A DNA stretch of 64,000 nucleotides from an uncultured Nitrososphaerales archaeon (GTDB taxonomy: Archaea; Thermoproteota; Nitrososphaeria; Nitrososphaerales; Nitrososphaeraceae), in contig CAVQMO010000010.1 of the NCBI GenBank assembly GCA_963713605.1, positions 1 through 64,000 on the forward strand. The letters are read 5' to 3'. Both the position numbers and the translations under genes were made by a program. Below are positions 23,242 to 36,393 of the stretch, in pieces. How positions within the stretch are numbered: position 1 is the stretch's first letter; every line of letters begins with the position of its first letter. The notes below the pieces were generated by a model. That model saw only the letters and a list, made by a program, of their open reading frames with translations. It was not told the DNA's origin and did no database searches.

Positions 23242-24195
23242 GTGTTAGAAGGCTATGTTAGAGCTTCGAGTGGTCTAAGCGATGTCATGATATTGCACAT
23301 TCATCATTTAATTCATGAGGAACATAGACCTTTTTCTTATTTAGACTTCATGAAATTTCAGGTGAATGATGAAGAGTATAGAATGGCACACGGTACGTTT
23401 CGAAACAATATCTCCCGGCTAAGAAAAGAAGGTTTGATTGAAATTTCATACAAGTCTAGCATTGTTTTCTATACCCTTAGAGGCATAAAATTTGGTAAAG
23501 CTAGCAGAATAGCAATGACAGATGACCATACGGTGGTCACACCTCACATAACACAGCATCTGAGCAGTAATCTCGTTTATCGAATTATCAAAGACCTACC
23601 ACTGGAAAAGAATTCTGTTCACGATATACGATTGAAGTTTAATGTCCCAGAATTATATCGTATCATTGTTTCCCAAACCACTCATTCTTTGAGTCACGAC
23701 TATACTATTAATCCTGTTAACAAAGACCTCTCTCTGCCGGTATGGCAGATACAGAATCTTGATGTAAGAATCGTAATACATAAGACAAACACGGTCAGCG
23801 TTATCATAGGATGCTCTTATAGTCCGATAGCCATCGATATTGCAGGCGTAATACGGCTTACGAATGCTCTCGCAGTTGTTCAAGAAAGACTATCAAGACT
23901 AGTATCTCAGGATTATAGCGATCCAGGTGATGTCAATAAGATTCCTGATTATATGGAGTGGGTTGTGACTATGTGGCACTTTGGTGCAGATGCTTCTGTA
24001 GAGTATACTGGGGAAAGATTCTCTGTAACTTGGGGAATAGCACAAGATGCAATAATTCGTGTCTACAGCAAAACTATGAGGGATAATAGGACAAGAATAA
24101 GGCTGGAAAGGCAAGAATATCCTAGGATTACTTTAGCACTCGCTCTTGAACAGAAGATCAATCACAACCACGATCAATGGTCTGGAGGCGAATAG
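23242..24195 (+). CDS. MGE protein with N-terminal winged helix (possibly replication-related)
   Basis: HGTFRNNISRLRKEGLIE wHTH; HDIRLKF and WHFGAD motifs. Confidence 0.5.
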   Translation: MLEGYVRASSGLSDVMILHIHHLIHEEHRPFSYLDFMKFQVNDEEYRMAHGTFRNNISRLRKEGLIEISYKSSIVFYTLRGIKFGKASRIAMTDDHTVVTPHITQHLSSNLVYRIIKDLPLEKNSVHDIRLKFNVPELYRIIVSQTTHSLSHDYTINPVNKDLSLPVWQIQNLDVRIVIHKTNTVSVIIGCSYSPIAIDIAGVIRLTNALAVVQERLSRLVSQDYSDPGDVNKIPDYMEWVVTMWHFGADASVEYTGERFSVTWGIAQDAIIRVYSKTMRDNRTRIRLERQEYPRITLALALEQKINHNHDQWSGGE

Positions 24196-24201
24196 AAGTC
24201 C

Positions 24202-25063
24202 ATGCATAATAGAATTCACGATTCTTTGGAGGAGAACAATACCCCAAGTTATTCAGAACAAGAACAAGGATCAAAACCGGAACAATTCACAAGGGAAAAG
24301 AAGCCTCTACCTGAAAATGTAACCGAATACATTCAGAAAGTGAGGGATGAACTCAAGAAATATGAGGAAAACAAGGAGTTCTATGAGACAAGACGTAAAA
24401 AAGAGATTATTCTTGATCTAGCCGCTCTTCTTGAAGAGCATCGATATCCTAAGGATTTGCTTCGATCTATATTCAGCTCGTGAGTTGGGAGATTACATTA
24501 GCACAAGATATATTGAAAAGATTCTTGCAGAAAAATATCTAGACAAGAAGGAAGACAAGGAACAATCTACTAGTCAAATCGCGAACAATACGCGAAATGA
24601 CAATAAAATTCCTATAGAAATATCATCTTCAGGCGAGAGCATAATTGTCAATGGAATAGATGATCAAGGCAACAACAATCCCAATCTGCATGAAGCAAGT
24701 GATCTGAGCTTAGATGTACCAACAGAAGTCAAATCAGATATAGTACTACAAGTAGAGCAAGACACAGGGGATATAATTAGAGTCTTACAAACGCAAGTAA
24801 GTGATTTACAAATGAAGTGTTCCCAATTTGAAGAGTTAGCTAATAAGGGTTCGATATGGAAAGAGAAGTATATTCGATTACAAAAAGAACTAGAACTATC
24901 AAAAACTAACGGAACGAAAATTATAAAGGGAAAGACCGAGATCGAATTCGGTTCTGAATTTCTTCCACTTAGAGTTGAATATGATCCTCAGACGAATCAG
25001 TTTTCGGCATGGTTTCCACAGGGAGTAATTGAACGGCTATTAGCTGGACTAAAACGTAGATGA
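24202..25063 (+). CDS. Hypothetical coiled-coil MGE protein; frameshifted
   Basis: Overlapping ORFs 24202..24483 and 24431..25063. Confidence 0.45.
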
Positions 25064-25166
25064 TGGATTTAGATCAAATTCTTTAGTTTAAAATGATTGA
25101 GTAACTGGATATTACCATAATACAGTAACGTGGCAAGTGTAACACCTGTAACAATAGAATACAATT

Positions 25167-25850
25167 TTGGTTGACCTCATGAAAGATAACATTGTCAAGA
25201 AGACCCCAAATGCAGTGACGACAAAATACTCTGCATTCTTCCTAGATAATGTTACAGGAGTAGTCTATGTCACTTGTGATTCCCCTCAATATGCTTCAGG
25301 CCAGATACGCATGCGTGGCAGAACGAACGGTCAGTATCCGTTTGGATACAAAAAAATGTTGGAAGAAATTTTCGGTAAATGCAGCTCATATGGAGAAGAG
25401 ATTGAGGTTTGTTCTGGCTGGGTTAAGAATAGACCAAACTTAATGACAGTTGACATAAATCCAGACAGAAATCCTGTTCATGTTGGAGATGGTCAATCTC
25501 TGCCCGGAGGTTGGAGCAACCGATTTGAAAGATGGTCTTGTGATCCTCCATATAATAAACGGACTGCTGAGAAGATGTATGGAACCCCGTTACCATCGTG
25601 GTCAAAATTGCTGACTGAAGGTGCTAGAGTGACGAAGCCTGGAGGGTTGTTGTTCTTGCTCTTGGGAGATGTAAATTTTCAATGGCATCCAGAAGGAACA
25701 ACTAGGATAGGATGGCTTGTTCTAAGTATTATCCCGAATCAAGAAGCAAGGGCGATCCACATCTATCTGAAAAATGCTGATGCAATAACGAGAAGTTCAG
25801 TTCAGAAGAAAACCAAGTATCATATTCAGACTTTAAACTCGTACCTCTAA
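25167..25850 (+). CDS. Putative amino (N6-A/N4-C) DNA methyltransferase
   Basis: EVCSG SAM-binding motif, VDINP, catalytic DPPY, RVTKPGG. Confidence 0.7.
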   Translation: MVDLMKDNIVKKTPNAVTTKYSAFFLDNVTGVVYVTCDSPQYASGQIRMRGRTNGQYPFGYKKMLEEIFGKCSSYGEEIEVCSGWVKNRPNLMTVDINPDRNPVHVGDGQSLPGGWSNRFERWSCDPPYNKRTAEKMYGTPLPSWSKLLTEGARVTKPGGLLFLLLGDVNFQWHPEGTTRIGWLVLSIIPNQEARAIHIYLKNADAITRSSVQKKTKYHIQTLNSYL

Positions 25851-25945
25851 TAGTCAGATGAGTCACATATGCCAATCATGCCCCTGCCTCTCTCCTCTTC
25901 TACAGGAATGTATTGCCGAGGAAAATATTTTGTGACCATATTTTT

Positions 25946-26299
25946 CTATATAGCTATACTTGGAGAGTGGCTTCTAATCCCTTCTATCGAAGTTTGATAC
26001 ATAAATGGAAGGGCTTCTTTAGCCAAGGTATTCAGATAATTATTTGATTGAGAAATTAAATATTGAATGTCTCTGCTCACAGTTGATGCATCAACACCTA
26101 ACTCTCTGGCTATTTCATAGCCTTTCAACCCCTTGGTAAGAAGAACCAGAATATTCTCTCTTCTTTCTTTTATTTGTATTCTGTTGTGTGGTCTAGGCAA
26201 TAGATTATTGCAGTTATTGTATTTATTCACATTCGTACTGATAAATATATTGCAAATATCTCGGACCAAACAAAATGTTAAGACCACTTCAAAGGTCAA
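25946..26299 (-). pseudogene. Truncated HTH gene related to the terminase-associated HTH
   Basis: ERRENILVLLTKGLKGYEIARELGVDASTVSRDIQYL; lacks the C-terminal half. Confidence 0.55.
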
Positions 26300-26816
26300 C
26301 TAAGATCTTCTCCTAAGCTCTACAGAATATTCCTTTTGTCAATATCGCCTTTGCCTATGTTGCTTTAGGTGAAGGTGTAACTACAAGAAAAGTTGGCGAC
26401 AGAGTAGGCGTACCTTGGTTGCAATCAATTACATAGTATTTTAGGTCGTCTTACATTCTCCATCGATACATATGGTCTGTCTACTAATATACAGGCATTG
26501 ACAGAAAGGTAGATAGTGTTGCCTGGCGAGATACCTTGTCCATGGAATAGTGAGGGGATCACGTATATTCTATTTGTGCGTATAAGCCTACGAGGAGGAG
26601 AAGGTTAAATGGCTAATATCCAGTCCAATTTTGAAATAGCTATTGTCAGCATGACAATAGTCTGTATTACCATTACAGGATTTCCGTTAGTTTGTATGTT
26701 GGTAAATTCCTTTAAAAGGAGAAGAAAAGTAGAACATTCCACTCAATAATAGATAGATAGCGGGTACGCATTTGACTTCTGGCTTTCATGCTTAGTCACA
26801 TCCTTTTACTTTTGAA

Positions 26817-26872
26817 TTTTTTTATACAAGTGTATACAAGCATGTTTTTTTATACAAGTGTATACAAGCATG
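26817..26872. repeat. 28-bp tandem duplication
   Basis: tttttttatacaagtgtatacaagcatg x2. Confidence 0.85.
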
Positions 26873-27172
26873 TTGGATAGTGATGTCCTCACCATCAACA
26901 GTTTATTTTTATCAGACAATGCAAACCGAATATAATAATACACTACTGATACTATCTATTCAGATTTTTACACCACTAAGAACTTAATTTTATCTAGATG
27001 TAAAAGCTGATACTATCGAGGATATTCTTTTTTCGTGCCTTCCATTTATTGTCAAAAGAGTGTCTACCAACTGGAAAATCGAACTTATTAATTTTATTTA
27101 TGAATTTTGAGTAACTTTATTGCTTATTCTTAAAATAAGCTGTCTGTTGATTTAACTTGTAAGGCCATAAAA

Positions 27173-27358
27173 ATGACTAGTGTTCAAGGATTGGGTTCAA
27201 TGTATGCTATAGACAGTAGCGTTCTGCAGACATGTTATCATCAATGTATCCAGTGTGGAATTATATATGGTTGTAAGCTGGTACGTGCTTCTAATAGGTG
27301 CGATAATCCATTCTATCGTGGTAGATGTAGTATATGTAATGGCGTAAAGACTGTTTGA
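27173..27358 (+). CDS. Small Cys-rich putative Zn-binding protein
   Basis: HQCIQCG...C...C...CSIC. Confidence 0.4.
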   Translation: MTSVQGLGSMYAIDSSVLQTCYHQCIQCGIIYGCKLVRASNRCDNPFYRGRCSICNGVKTV

Positions 27359-27439
27359 ACGTAGAAGTGCTAACAGAGTTACTCGCTTTGGGTCAAAAAG
27401 AGTTTCTCTAAATCATCTTAATATGAGATATTGAATTTA

Positions 27440-27990
27440 TGTCGATCATTGTACAAATGATATTATAGAACAAAGCGAAAAGGAGGAGGAGATCTTAGGA
27501 TGGTTTGACTCTCATGGTATTAATGAGGGGTGGAAGTTAGCATCTGAATTAGTGAATATTGGAATCACTATAGATACGATAAATGATATCGCTAATACAA
27601 TATCGTCGCCAGAAGGAGAGAGCGAGCAGAATCTTAAAGATGTATTAAGCTGGCTTACTACAACTGTTATGGTGGATCGTATGATTTATGAGAATCAAGA
27701 AGCAGCACCACACGTATTAGTGACCTGGTCTCCGGTGAAATCGTGTACTCTTATGTGGATCAGACTCCTCTTCAGAATGTCGATATCCATAGAGGGATAG
27801 AGGGCTCCGTGATCATGAATTCAGCATAAACTAAAGAGAGCTGAAATATCTATAATTCGAGAATATGATCCTAAATTCCACATATTAATGCTTATGAAAA
27901 TGAGCTAAATCAAGTATGGACCAATTTAATAGATAATGCTATTGACGGAATAGGAAAACATGGAACTATTTCGATTCGAACCAAAAATGA
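27440..27990 (+). pseudogene. Histidine kinase remnant
   Basis: N-box ELNQVWTNLIDNAIDG near 27900; multiple stops and frameshifts. Confidence 0.65.
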
Positions 27991-28705
27991 GGCTTGTCTA
28001 CGCTGGTAGAACATTCTACTGGTAGATCAGCGATGATCTTAGGGAAGAAAGTTTACCTGCACCTTTCTCTACACCATCTGACTCCCTCTACTTTCAAGGA
28101 GATCTCTCTACCCGTCATATATGCACCATACTTTTATGCCAAACGGAATCCAGAATTGGTTGACAGACAGTACCCGGCTTTAAGTGGGATAAGAGCCGGT
28201 AGTGCCTGATTATAATTTTCAATCTGAGTCATCATATAGGAAGGATGACTATGAAGGGTCTGGTCTGTATTTGATGATATAGTGTGAATGAGGATGAAAT
28301 AATTCTCTTACACGAAGCTGAACAGTCATACAATAGGATAATAGATGCCATACAAATAATTGCATTAATGGAATGCAAAATGAAACTGGACCATTATATC
28401 ATTTGTCACAGGTCCTCGACGTAAACGATGGTCTGTCCTCAGTAGCAGACAATCATAAAATTTTTGATACTAGAAACTTGTCTCAGGTTAATTTTGAATG
28501 CTCTTCTAAAATTGCATTCCTATTCATACAGAGCATCCTGATATCTTACTTCAATATTCGGCTTACCGTCCAAACTGGAGGTAATAGTGGAAGGTGAATG
28601 TTTATCATGTTATTAAGTTCATGCTTGCGCAAGCCAAGTTATACGACATCATTAGTACCTGACGAATAAATTAATTCCTAGTCGAGTCAGTTGCTTTGAG
28701 GATTT

Positions 28706-28963
28706 TCAGAGTGGGAATTCAACGGCTACATCAGTTTTTGGATAATACTTTTTCACATCCCCTTCGCCATATATGGACCTGAATTTCCTCACTATACCAT
28801 CGACACGATTACTGTCTGTTATTGGTTTACCCCTTTCAGATATTTCTACGCCATTTACAGAAATCTTCAGAATTCGATCGACTAACAGATTCTTATACCA
28901 ACTAGTGTCAGAGCCCTGAACTGGAAGCAGATATAGAGTATCTGCTGTATCTGGTTTGTGCAT
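28706..28963 (-). pseudogene. Split-barrel (F420-dependent nitroreductase-like) protein, 5'-truncated
   Basis: LYLLPVQGSDTSWYKNL...FRSIYG. Confidence 0.5.
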
Positions 28964-29312
28964 GAGGGCTGGTCACCCTAGCCCCTGCCACATTGTCATC
29001 ATTTTCCTTTTGTTGCATTAAGGATGAAATCTGCAATTTCGGTTGGCCATATGTCCGGGCAGCTATCAGATTGAATGTTTCGGGAGTAATTACTAACCGA
29101 GGGGATACTATCCAGTTTGTTCACTCTGACTCAGCAGAAGCAGTGTTATTAGTATTTGGATTTAATCGTGTTATTATTTGGATTTGACAGAAAGAAATTA
29201 ACCATTGGTACGGCGAAATTAACCAGCAGCGCGAAAGAGATATTGAGTCAGCGAAAACAGAGATGTAAAATTGGTTTGCTTTATATGCATGTACCATGAA
29301 TAAATCTGGCTT

Positions 29313-29512
29313 ATGAAAACACTAAATGGCGAAACAATAACTGGAATTGCACTGATCTTTCTTGCCATTCTATTCCTTTATGTAAACTCGGTAAACCCAG
29401 TCTGGGCTCTAATTCGGCCAGCAACTTCTTGATTCTGGCTATAGGAGGTGGATTCCTCGCCCTAGGAATCATAACTATGAAGAGACAAAAACAGACAGTT
29501 AGCCACGCATAA
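29313..29512 (+). CDS. Small two-helix membrane protein; frameshifted
   Basis: MKTLNGETITGIALIFLAILFLY...FLILAIGGGFLALGII. Confidence 0.45.
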
Positions 29513-30235
29513 CAGCCTAAATAATTAAAAATTATCAGTGCGTACTGACCATATTGATTTACAGAGCTGATAATATCGACAGATATAATCCGCTATAATT
29601 GCAAGAATCTGAAATAACGTTCAAAAGAATTCTAGATAAATCCAAAAAGACTGACACAGCTACATGAAAGAATTGATGATGATCCAATTGGGGACCACGG
29701 GATATGCATTTATTCGACAATCCACAAAATCAGCTTCTTCAAATATCTTGCATCTGATAGCATCTGTTCTTTGTTGTGAACTGTGAGTGTGGCACTTTAC
29801 AGCTTGTAAGATAAAAGATAAATCAATAAAGCCTTGCCTGTTCAAACAAATGGACTTACTAAACTAAAACAAGATATAATACAGCAAGTAATTGTGACTA
29901 GAGTCGGATCAAGATCTTGAATATATCAAATTTCTAGTTTCTACTCTTAATCTATTAAATTCTGGCAGACTAAGACCTTTTGAAAATTGGTGAGTACCAC
30001 AGTGGAAGACAGGACAGCTAACCTGGATAAAGAGCTGACTAGTATGATAATCAAGTTATGGCGTTAATGAACTCGAAAGCCTAAATATTTAGTTTTTCGG
30101 GTGAGTCGTGCTTTGATAACAAAGTTGATTGAGATGGATGAACGGTAGGTTTATCATACTTTAAGATAGAATAGAAATATCTACAATCGTAAAAATGATT
30201 TTTATATCGCAAGTACTCAATCAAAGAAGAAATTA

Positions 30236-31092
30236 ATGACAACTCTAGATTCAGAACAATACAAAGAAGCAGAACGTCAGAGCTGGGATAGTGTAGCTAA
30301 CAATTGGCAAAAGTGGTGGAAGACAATAGAAAGAGGTGCTGAAAAAGTTAGTAGACGCTTAATAGAACTTGCAGAGGTTAAACCAGGTTCTAGGTATTGA
30401 CATTGCAACTGGTATAGGAGAACCAGCTATCACCGCTCCAAGGGGTAGGTAGTAATGGTCATGTATTGGCCACAGATATTTCACCACAGATGCTATCTGT
30501 TGCAAAACAAAGAGCTAGATCTCTTGGTCTACAAAATGTAATTGAATTTAAAGAGGGAGATATAGAAACAATTGATTTACCATCCTCAACATTTGATGCA
30601 GTACTCTGCAGATGGGGATTAATGTTTTTACCTGATCTTAAGGCTGGTTTATCTAATATTTACCAATCATTAAAACCAAGTGGTCATTTTGCAGCTGCTG
30701 TTTGGGCTTCGCCAGATCAAGCTACTTTAAGTGCCACTACAATGAATATCATAATGAAAGAAACTAACAGTAAACCACCTCCGCCTGGAACTCCTGGACC
30801 ATTTAGTCTGTCGGATGAAAATAGTCTAAAGAATTCTTTTGTAATATCAGGATTCAAAAATCTTAGCATCGAAAGAATGAATGTATCTTTTGATTTTAAT
30901 TCGCCTGATGATTTTACAACCTATATAACTGAAACGGCTGGTCCTCTTCAAAAAATGCTAGCGAATCAAACAATTGAAAGAAAAAGAGAGATATTGAAAG
31001 CAGTTACTGAAGCGGCACAAAAATATGTTGACAATAATACAGGTAAAGTCAGTTTCGAAAATGAGGCTATACTTATTGCTAGTAAAAAATGA
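30236..31092 (+). CDS. Class I SAM-dependent methyltransferase (UbiE-like); 5' frameshifts
   Basis: VLDIATGIGEP, DISPQML and FDAVLCRWGLMFLPD motifs. Confidence 0.8.
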
Positions 31093-31422
31093 ATGAATAC
31101 TTCGTCCAGATGCGGCATGGAATCCATTGATGCTTTACCTCCGGAGAAGATCGCTTTCATAGCATATAATATCGGAGTATACGAATCAGTTCAGAAGTTC
31201 GGGAGTTTGATAACAAGTGGAAAGATAACTAATGGTACTGATGTATCTAGAGTAGCAGAATTATTGTCAGAATCAAACGCTTTTTATGATGCAGAGATGA
31301 TATCAGAACTTATGAATACAATGTTAAGACATACAAATAATGATGCCATAAACAAAGTTACTGCTGGAGAAGTAAGCAATATAATGAATCAATTAAGAGT
31401 TGTAGGAGTTTCCATTCCATAA
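31093..31422 (+). CDS. Conserved hypothetical protein
   Basis: Intact ORF directly after the methyltransferase. Confidence 0.55.
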   Translation: MNTSSRCGMESIDALPPEKIAFIAYNIGVYESVQKFGSLITSGKITNGTDVSRVAELLSESNAFYDAEMISELMNTMLRHTNNDAINKVTAGEVSNIMNQLRVVGVSIP

Positions 31423-31508
31423 TTCCCCTCTTCGCGTTCCCTGAACGAACTCTTCAATCATTTCAGATATTGTATTATAATCCTAATCTACATCCATAGG
31501 CTATTTCC

Positions 31509-32178
31509 ATGATAATAAAGGAAATTAAAAATCTAACTCATGCTGAATTTGAAGAACTTCGTAACATATATGTTTCAACCTTTCCATTGGAAAATGCCAA
31601 ACAGCTTGATACATATACCAATCATATTCTATACGCTCTCAGAAATGATAATAGATATCATCTATATGCTGCCCCCTAAAAGAGATCTATGATAGGTATC
31701 TCTTTGTTATATGTTTTTCGAAAATTTAAAAATGGCGTTACTTGACTATATGGCAGTTACTCCAAATTTTCAGCGACGTGGTATTAGGCGGAGAGCCATT
31801 TGAATTCACAGATAATGAATTTAATCACCTTATTCCAGATAACATAAGAATATTGTTAGAGACCAAAGAAAACGTATCTGATCCAAATGAATGGCTAAAG
31901 AGGAAGAAAAGAATTCAGTTCTACTCTAATCTTGGAGTAAAGTATTGAAAGGTGTTAATTATTTACTTCCAATACAGGTAGACGGAGATGTAGAAGAGAT
32001 GTATCTGATGATCAAGCTTTCAAGGAATGTAACTTCGATATCAAGAAAGAGTATAGCTGATTTCATTAATTCTGTATATACAGATGTTTATGACTATAGA
32101 AAGACTGATTTGCTTCGGAGGACTATCACTAACTTGCCCGATGTCATTGACAGTAAGGAACTGAAATACGGGATTTAA
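31509..32178 (+). pseudogene. GNAT acetyltransferase; frameshifted
   Basis: LLDYMAVTPNFQRRGI and RIQFYSNLG motifs spread over several frames. Confidence 0.6.
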
Positions 32179-32980
32179 AAAATAAAAACAACATTTAAGA
32201 TCCTTCGGAGATGAAGTTATTCGATATACAGTATTACAAAATTGGAAGGTTCGTTTGCTAGGCATTACCAGAGACAGATCTCAATTAAATGGAAACCCCT
32301 TTCATGGTTTGTGAAAGGACAAAGATTAGCACTTCCCAACTTCATGTCAGATTAATTAATTCCAATAGACCAGAGAAGATGCTTCATGATTGGGAAGAAG
32401 GTACTGTCGAAGCCGAACATATCTTCAGAATCTTAACAGTTGAGAATTAAAAGTTACTGGATCCTTTTGTCGGGGCAGGTAGTACTGCTATAGGCTCCAA
32501 TAAATCTAAATCGAAAGCTAATTGGGATTGATATAGACCCTAGTTTTTCGATCTCTTTAAGGATAAATATTCAGAAATCTAGGAATACCCTACGAGAAAA
32601 TGGAAAGTCAGATGATATCTATCTCTCAACTATAGAACAGTCTAAAATAGAGCAAAATTAGAAATGAAAATAGAGATAGATTTAGATGTAGAAGGCAGCG
32701 ATGCATTTGAAGAGATTTGCAAAGAATCAAATAAAACACCTTCAGAGATTTTTAACAGTTTTATCAAAGCCTTGCATAATGCTTGGCCAAAATGTGTGGA
32801 CTTATGCTGCGATTACAGTATACCTGGTATTAGGTCCTATCCCATGTCTTGTGATTTCTAACAAGCAGTGATTCTTGTTGATATTGGCTTTGATCTGTTG
32901 GGCTAACAACTTTGGTGTTTCAAGGGATTTTTCTAGAAAAGTCAGAGGTAAATAAAAAAAGGAGACTCTTTTGTCCTTCT

Positions 32981-33657
32981 TTAATTTTCTCCGCCACCAC
33001 CGTCTCCGCCACCACCGTCTCCGCCACCACCGTCTCCGCCATCTTCATCCCCATTTCCAGGTTCAGGTTCAGGTTCAGGTTCAGGTTCAGGTTCAGGTTC
33101 AGGTTCAGGTTCAGGTTGTGGCTGTGGTTCAGGTTCAGGTTGTGGCTGTGGTTCAGGTTCAGGTTGTGGCTGTGGCTCTTCTGTTGGTGGTTCTGGTTTT
33201 ACTGGTGGTTGACCTGGACACGGATTAGCCCACTCTGGACCACACGGTAGATCCCTGGGACACATTGACTATTTTGTAATATTTCTCCTTCGCTGCATTC
33301 GTCGGGAGGGAGAGGAGGAGGGGGAATAACTGGCTCTACTGGTGGTCCTTTCTCAATACCAATTATAATTTGGTAAACTATCGCAATCGCAGTATATAAT
33401 TGATTTTCTGCATTCTGAGAAACGGTCTTAGCAGGTAACGGCTGACTTGGAATGACGCTAAGGGATACAACAATAAAGTATCCTCCTGTGAAGGGTAGAA
33501 CGTTAGTGCTACTAGACCTTAGCACCTTGGTTGTTCCGTTCTCAAATGTTATAATAGTAAGCGTAATTGGTCTAGGTTGTGTTGTGCTATCGGTTGAAGC
33601 ATAAGTCAACAGAGGAGGACTGAGTAAGAATAATAGTAAAAAGAAAAAGAACTTCAT
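32981..33657 (-). CDS. Secreted protein with Pro-Glu repeat stalk and Gly/Asp tail; frameshifted
   Basis: Signal peptide [13 protein letters not shown]; (PE)n and GDGGG repeats. Confidence 0.6.
32988..33180. repeat. Coding microsatellites (AGGTTC)n and (CCGCCACCACCGTCT)n
   Basis: Visible tandem arrays encoding PE and GDGGG. Confidence 0.85.
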
Positions 33658-34653
33658 AGATAGACGTTCTAAGGCTAATATTTAAATAGATGCCTATACT
33701 ATTGCAATATCTAGAATACCTTCTTGAATACTAATATTAACAGAATAATTACGACTGCGATCCAGATCCATTTATTTTGAAAAATCCAACCAAAGTTATC
33801 AGCATACTTTGTAATACCCTTACCTACTACACAGAGATTCCCATAAAGATGCAAATACATTATTTCCTGAACAATCACTATCTTCAGGTCTGAGAATCCC
33901 CGATATTCCCTTTGGAGGACGTGGACCACTTTCAACTATTTTAGTTGGATTCTTTCTCTCCACTCCACAATGATCCAATAATGGCTTTACCTGAAGGTCT
34001 AAAACACGGCGTTTGGGTCTTCATCACGCCAACAGTTGTCACGGGCCTGTCCTGTCACAGCCTGCTCTTTTATGCTCGAGTTCTCCCTGCTTGAATTTGT
34101 CCTGCAGTTCTTGGTAATCAGTCCTAAACCATTCACTACTCTTTCATCGTAACGAGTGGGCTCAAACATTGTAATAGGTTGAGAAAGGTATATGGACCGA
34201 TCGCCTTCTAATGTACGACTGTCATATTCATCTGATGTTATGCTATGAAGGCGCATAACTTTGAGACTTTCAGTGTGCAGTAACGAAGCACTGCAAAACT
34301 GCTTATCTATAATCTTGCAAAATAAAAGATCTAGATAGTACAAGGATCAGCACCGCCATTTAACGGAACTGAAAAGAAACAGGCGGAGAGTATCAGTTAA
34401 TCAAAGTTGACTGCCTGCCAATCTCATCTTCACTTAATCTACCAGTCCTAACCAGCACAGCGCCATCCGATGTTGCCGTTAGTCGCTTGTTTTTTTATAG
34501 TGTGTTACCCAAGAGTTTGAAGCAATCATTTGAGGAATCAACGTAATTGCGTAGGTTGAATAAAGTCAGATCAAGATCCCCTAACACTCTCCTGCATATT
34601 TGTTTGAAAAAATACAGATAATAATAAAGGACACGATGTAGTTCTCCACAAAA

Positions 34654-35241
34654 ATGTTAAAGAGAGGATACATCATATTGCTAGTAGGCGCTCGTCTTGT
34701 TGTCATAGGAATAAGTTTAACAGCAGCATATGGCATAGGCATTGCGGTGTTATTCTAAATGAAAGCATTATCCTATCAGATGTTTTGGTCGATCCTTCCA
34801 ACTCTGTGAATCACACTCTCGACATAACCAATACAGAAAGACCAGTCTCAATAGCACTACATGTTGAGGCCATATAATAGTACAGATAATCCAGTTGTGG
34901 AACAGACAGTGATCAATCCCAATGGATTCATAGTAAATAAGAATGAATTTGGTGAAGACGGTCAAAGTGACATTTTTACTTCCTTTAGACCAGAGACAGA
35001 TGGAATCTATACACTTTCTCTCCATAATCTGGGCACTGACCAAGTCAAAATTGGAGGTATCTTTGGATACTTACCGATTACAGAAAATAGTGGTGAGATA
35101 AACTTGTCTACCGTTACTGGGTTATTAGCTGGAGCATGGGTATTTGTTATTGGAATAGGAACATTAGTAGGTGGGACGGTGATTACGGTTTTAGATAGAA
35201 GAGGAGACAGGAAGAGGCAATCTCTGGGTTTGACTAGATAA
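34654..35241 (+). CDS. Membrane-anchored beta-sandwich protein; 5' frameshifts
   Basis: Hydrophobic N- and C-terminal helices; GIYTLSLHNLG. Confidence 0.5.
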
Positions 35242-35919
35242 TGGTCAGTCAATAAAAAACCTGTAAATCTTATCACAATAAATGAATCCTCGGATCATTG
35301 TGATAAGATCTATTTTGGCACTACTGTAGATTCTGCTGCCAAGAGATCCCTCCCAACAGATTCAGCATCTTTCTTTAACTTGGCCATTTCTCTGTGGACA
35401 ATCTTATTCATCCCATTATAAATGACTTAGTAGGAAGAGATTCTGACATGTTAACTAGAGAGGTTGGCGCGAAATAGATGATACATTGATCACAAAGCCG
35501 ACAAAACTAGGTATACTCTTGTCCACACTTACATAGATATTTAGAATATACCAGAACAATGGATAACTATTTCCATTCAAAGTCCGATTTTATTTGCAGC
35601 TGACAGACGCATTTGGACTGCCCTCATAGTCTGACTTATGAACTTGCCTCATATACTATATTGTACGGTGTTTGTGTAGTACGTCTGAATCTGTCTCGGG
35701 ACCGAAGCGTATAGAGAGCTTCGTGCTTGCACATTATCAGATGCTTTAGGCATATATGTTGTATTAACAGTATCTATTGGTTATTCTTCGTTATGTGAAA
35801 TAGAACCTCTGGTTAAATCTCGGATATCTTCGGTAAGACCTCTTCTAATGAATGAATATTTACATAGAGGTTTTTGCAGGCAAATGGACGACTTGACTCT
35901 TAATGTAGTGACTCTATTC

Positions 35920-36393
35920 CTATCTTGAACTAATTGCTGCTGCTGCTCCTGCTGCTGCTGCTGCCACAATCGTTTCATCAGTGTGCTTTTTACCTGGGTG
36001 CTGAACGATGATCTCCCTGATTTCATCGTTGTCTATAAGCAATTTCATAAGCTTATCGAGCTCTTCTTGTAAAAGAGCTTTTGAATCCATTTCTATAGAA
36101 TCGATTGCACTAAGCTTCCACTGATTGCTTACACCCTTTCCTATCAAGGTTTGTGCCTTGTACACAACCTGTCCAAATGAAGTTACGCTATACATTCCAT
36201 TCTTTTTCCTTATTAGTCCTGCAGCTAGCATACTGAACATTCTAGAATAATACTGTCGTCTAGTTAATCCCAGCTTCGTCATGGCGCTATAAGGATGCAG
36301 CTCTTGATGAGCTATCATCTCAAATAAGATTAACGTTTTACCGTCGGAGAGTGCTTTTAGAGATTTTTCCACTGTAACCGACCGTTCAGCCAT
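35920..36393 (-). CDS. ArsR-like winged-HTH protein
   Basis: LKALSDGKTLILFEMIA...LGLTRRQYYSRM...GLI...YSVTSFG. Confidence 0.7.
   Translation of the reverse strand: MAERSVTVEKSLKALSDGKTLILFEMIAHQELHPYSAMTKLGLTRRQYYSRMFSMLAAGLIRKKNGMYSVTSFGQVVYKAQTLIGKGVSNQWKLSAIDSIEMDSKALLQEELDKLMKLLIDNDEIREIIVQHPGKKHTDETIVAAAAAGAAAAISSR

Noticed and set aside
32912..33250. Plus-strand RF and VQ dipeptide-repeat ORFs
   Set aside because: Antisense shadows of the Pro-Glu repeat gene.
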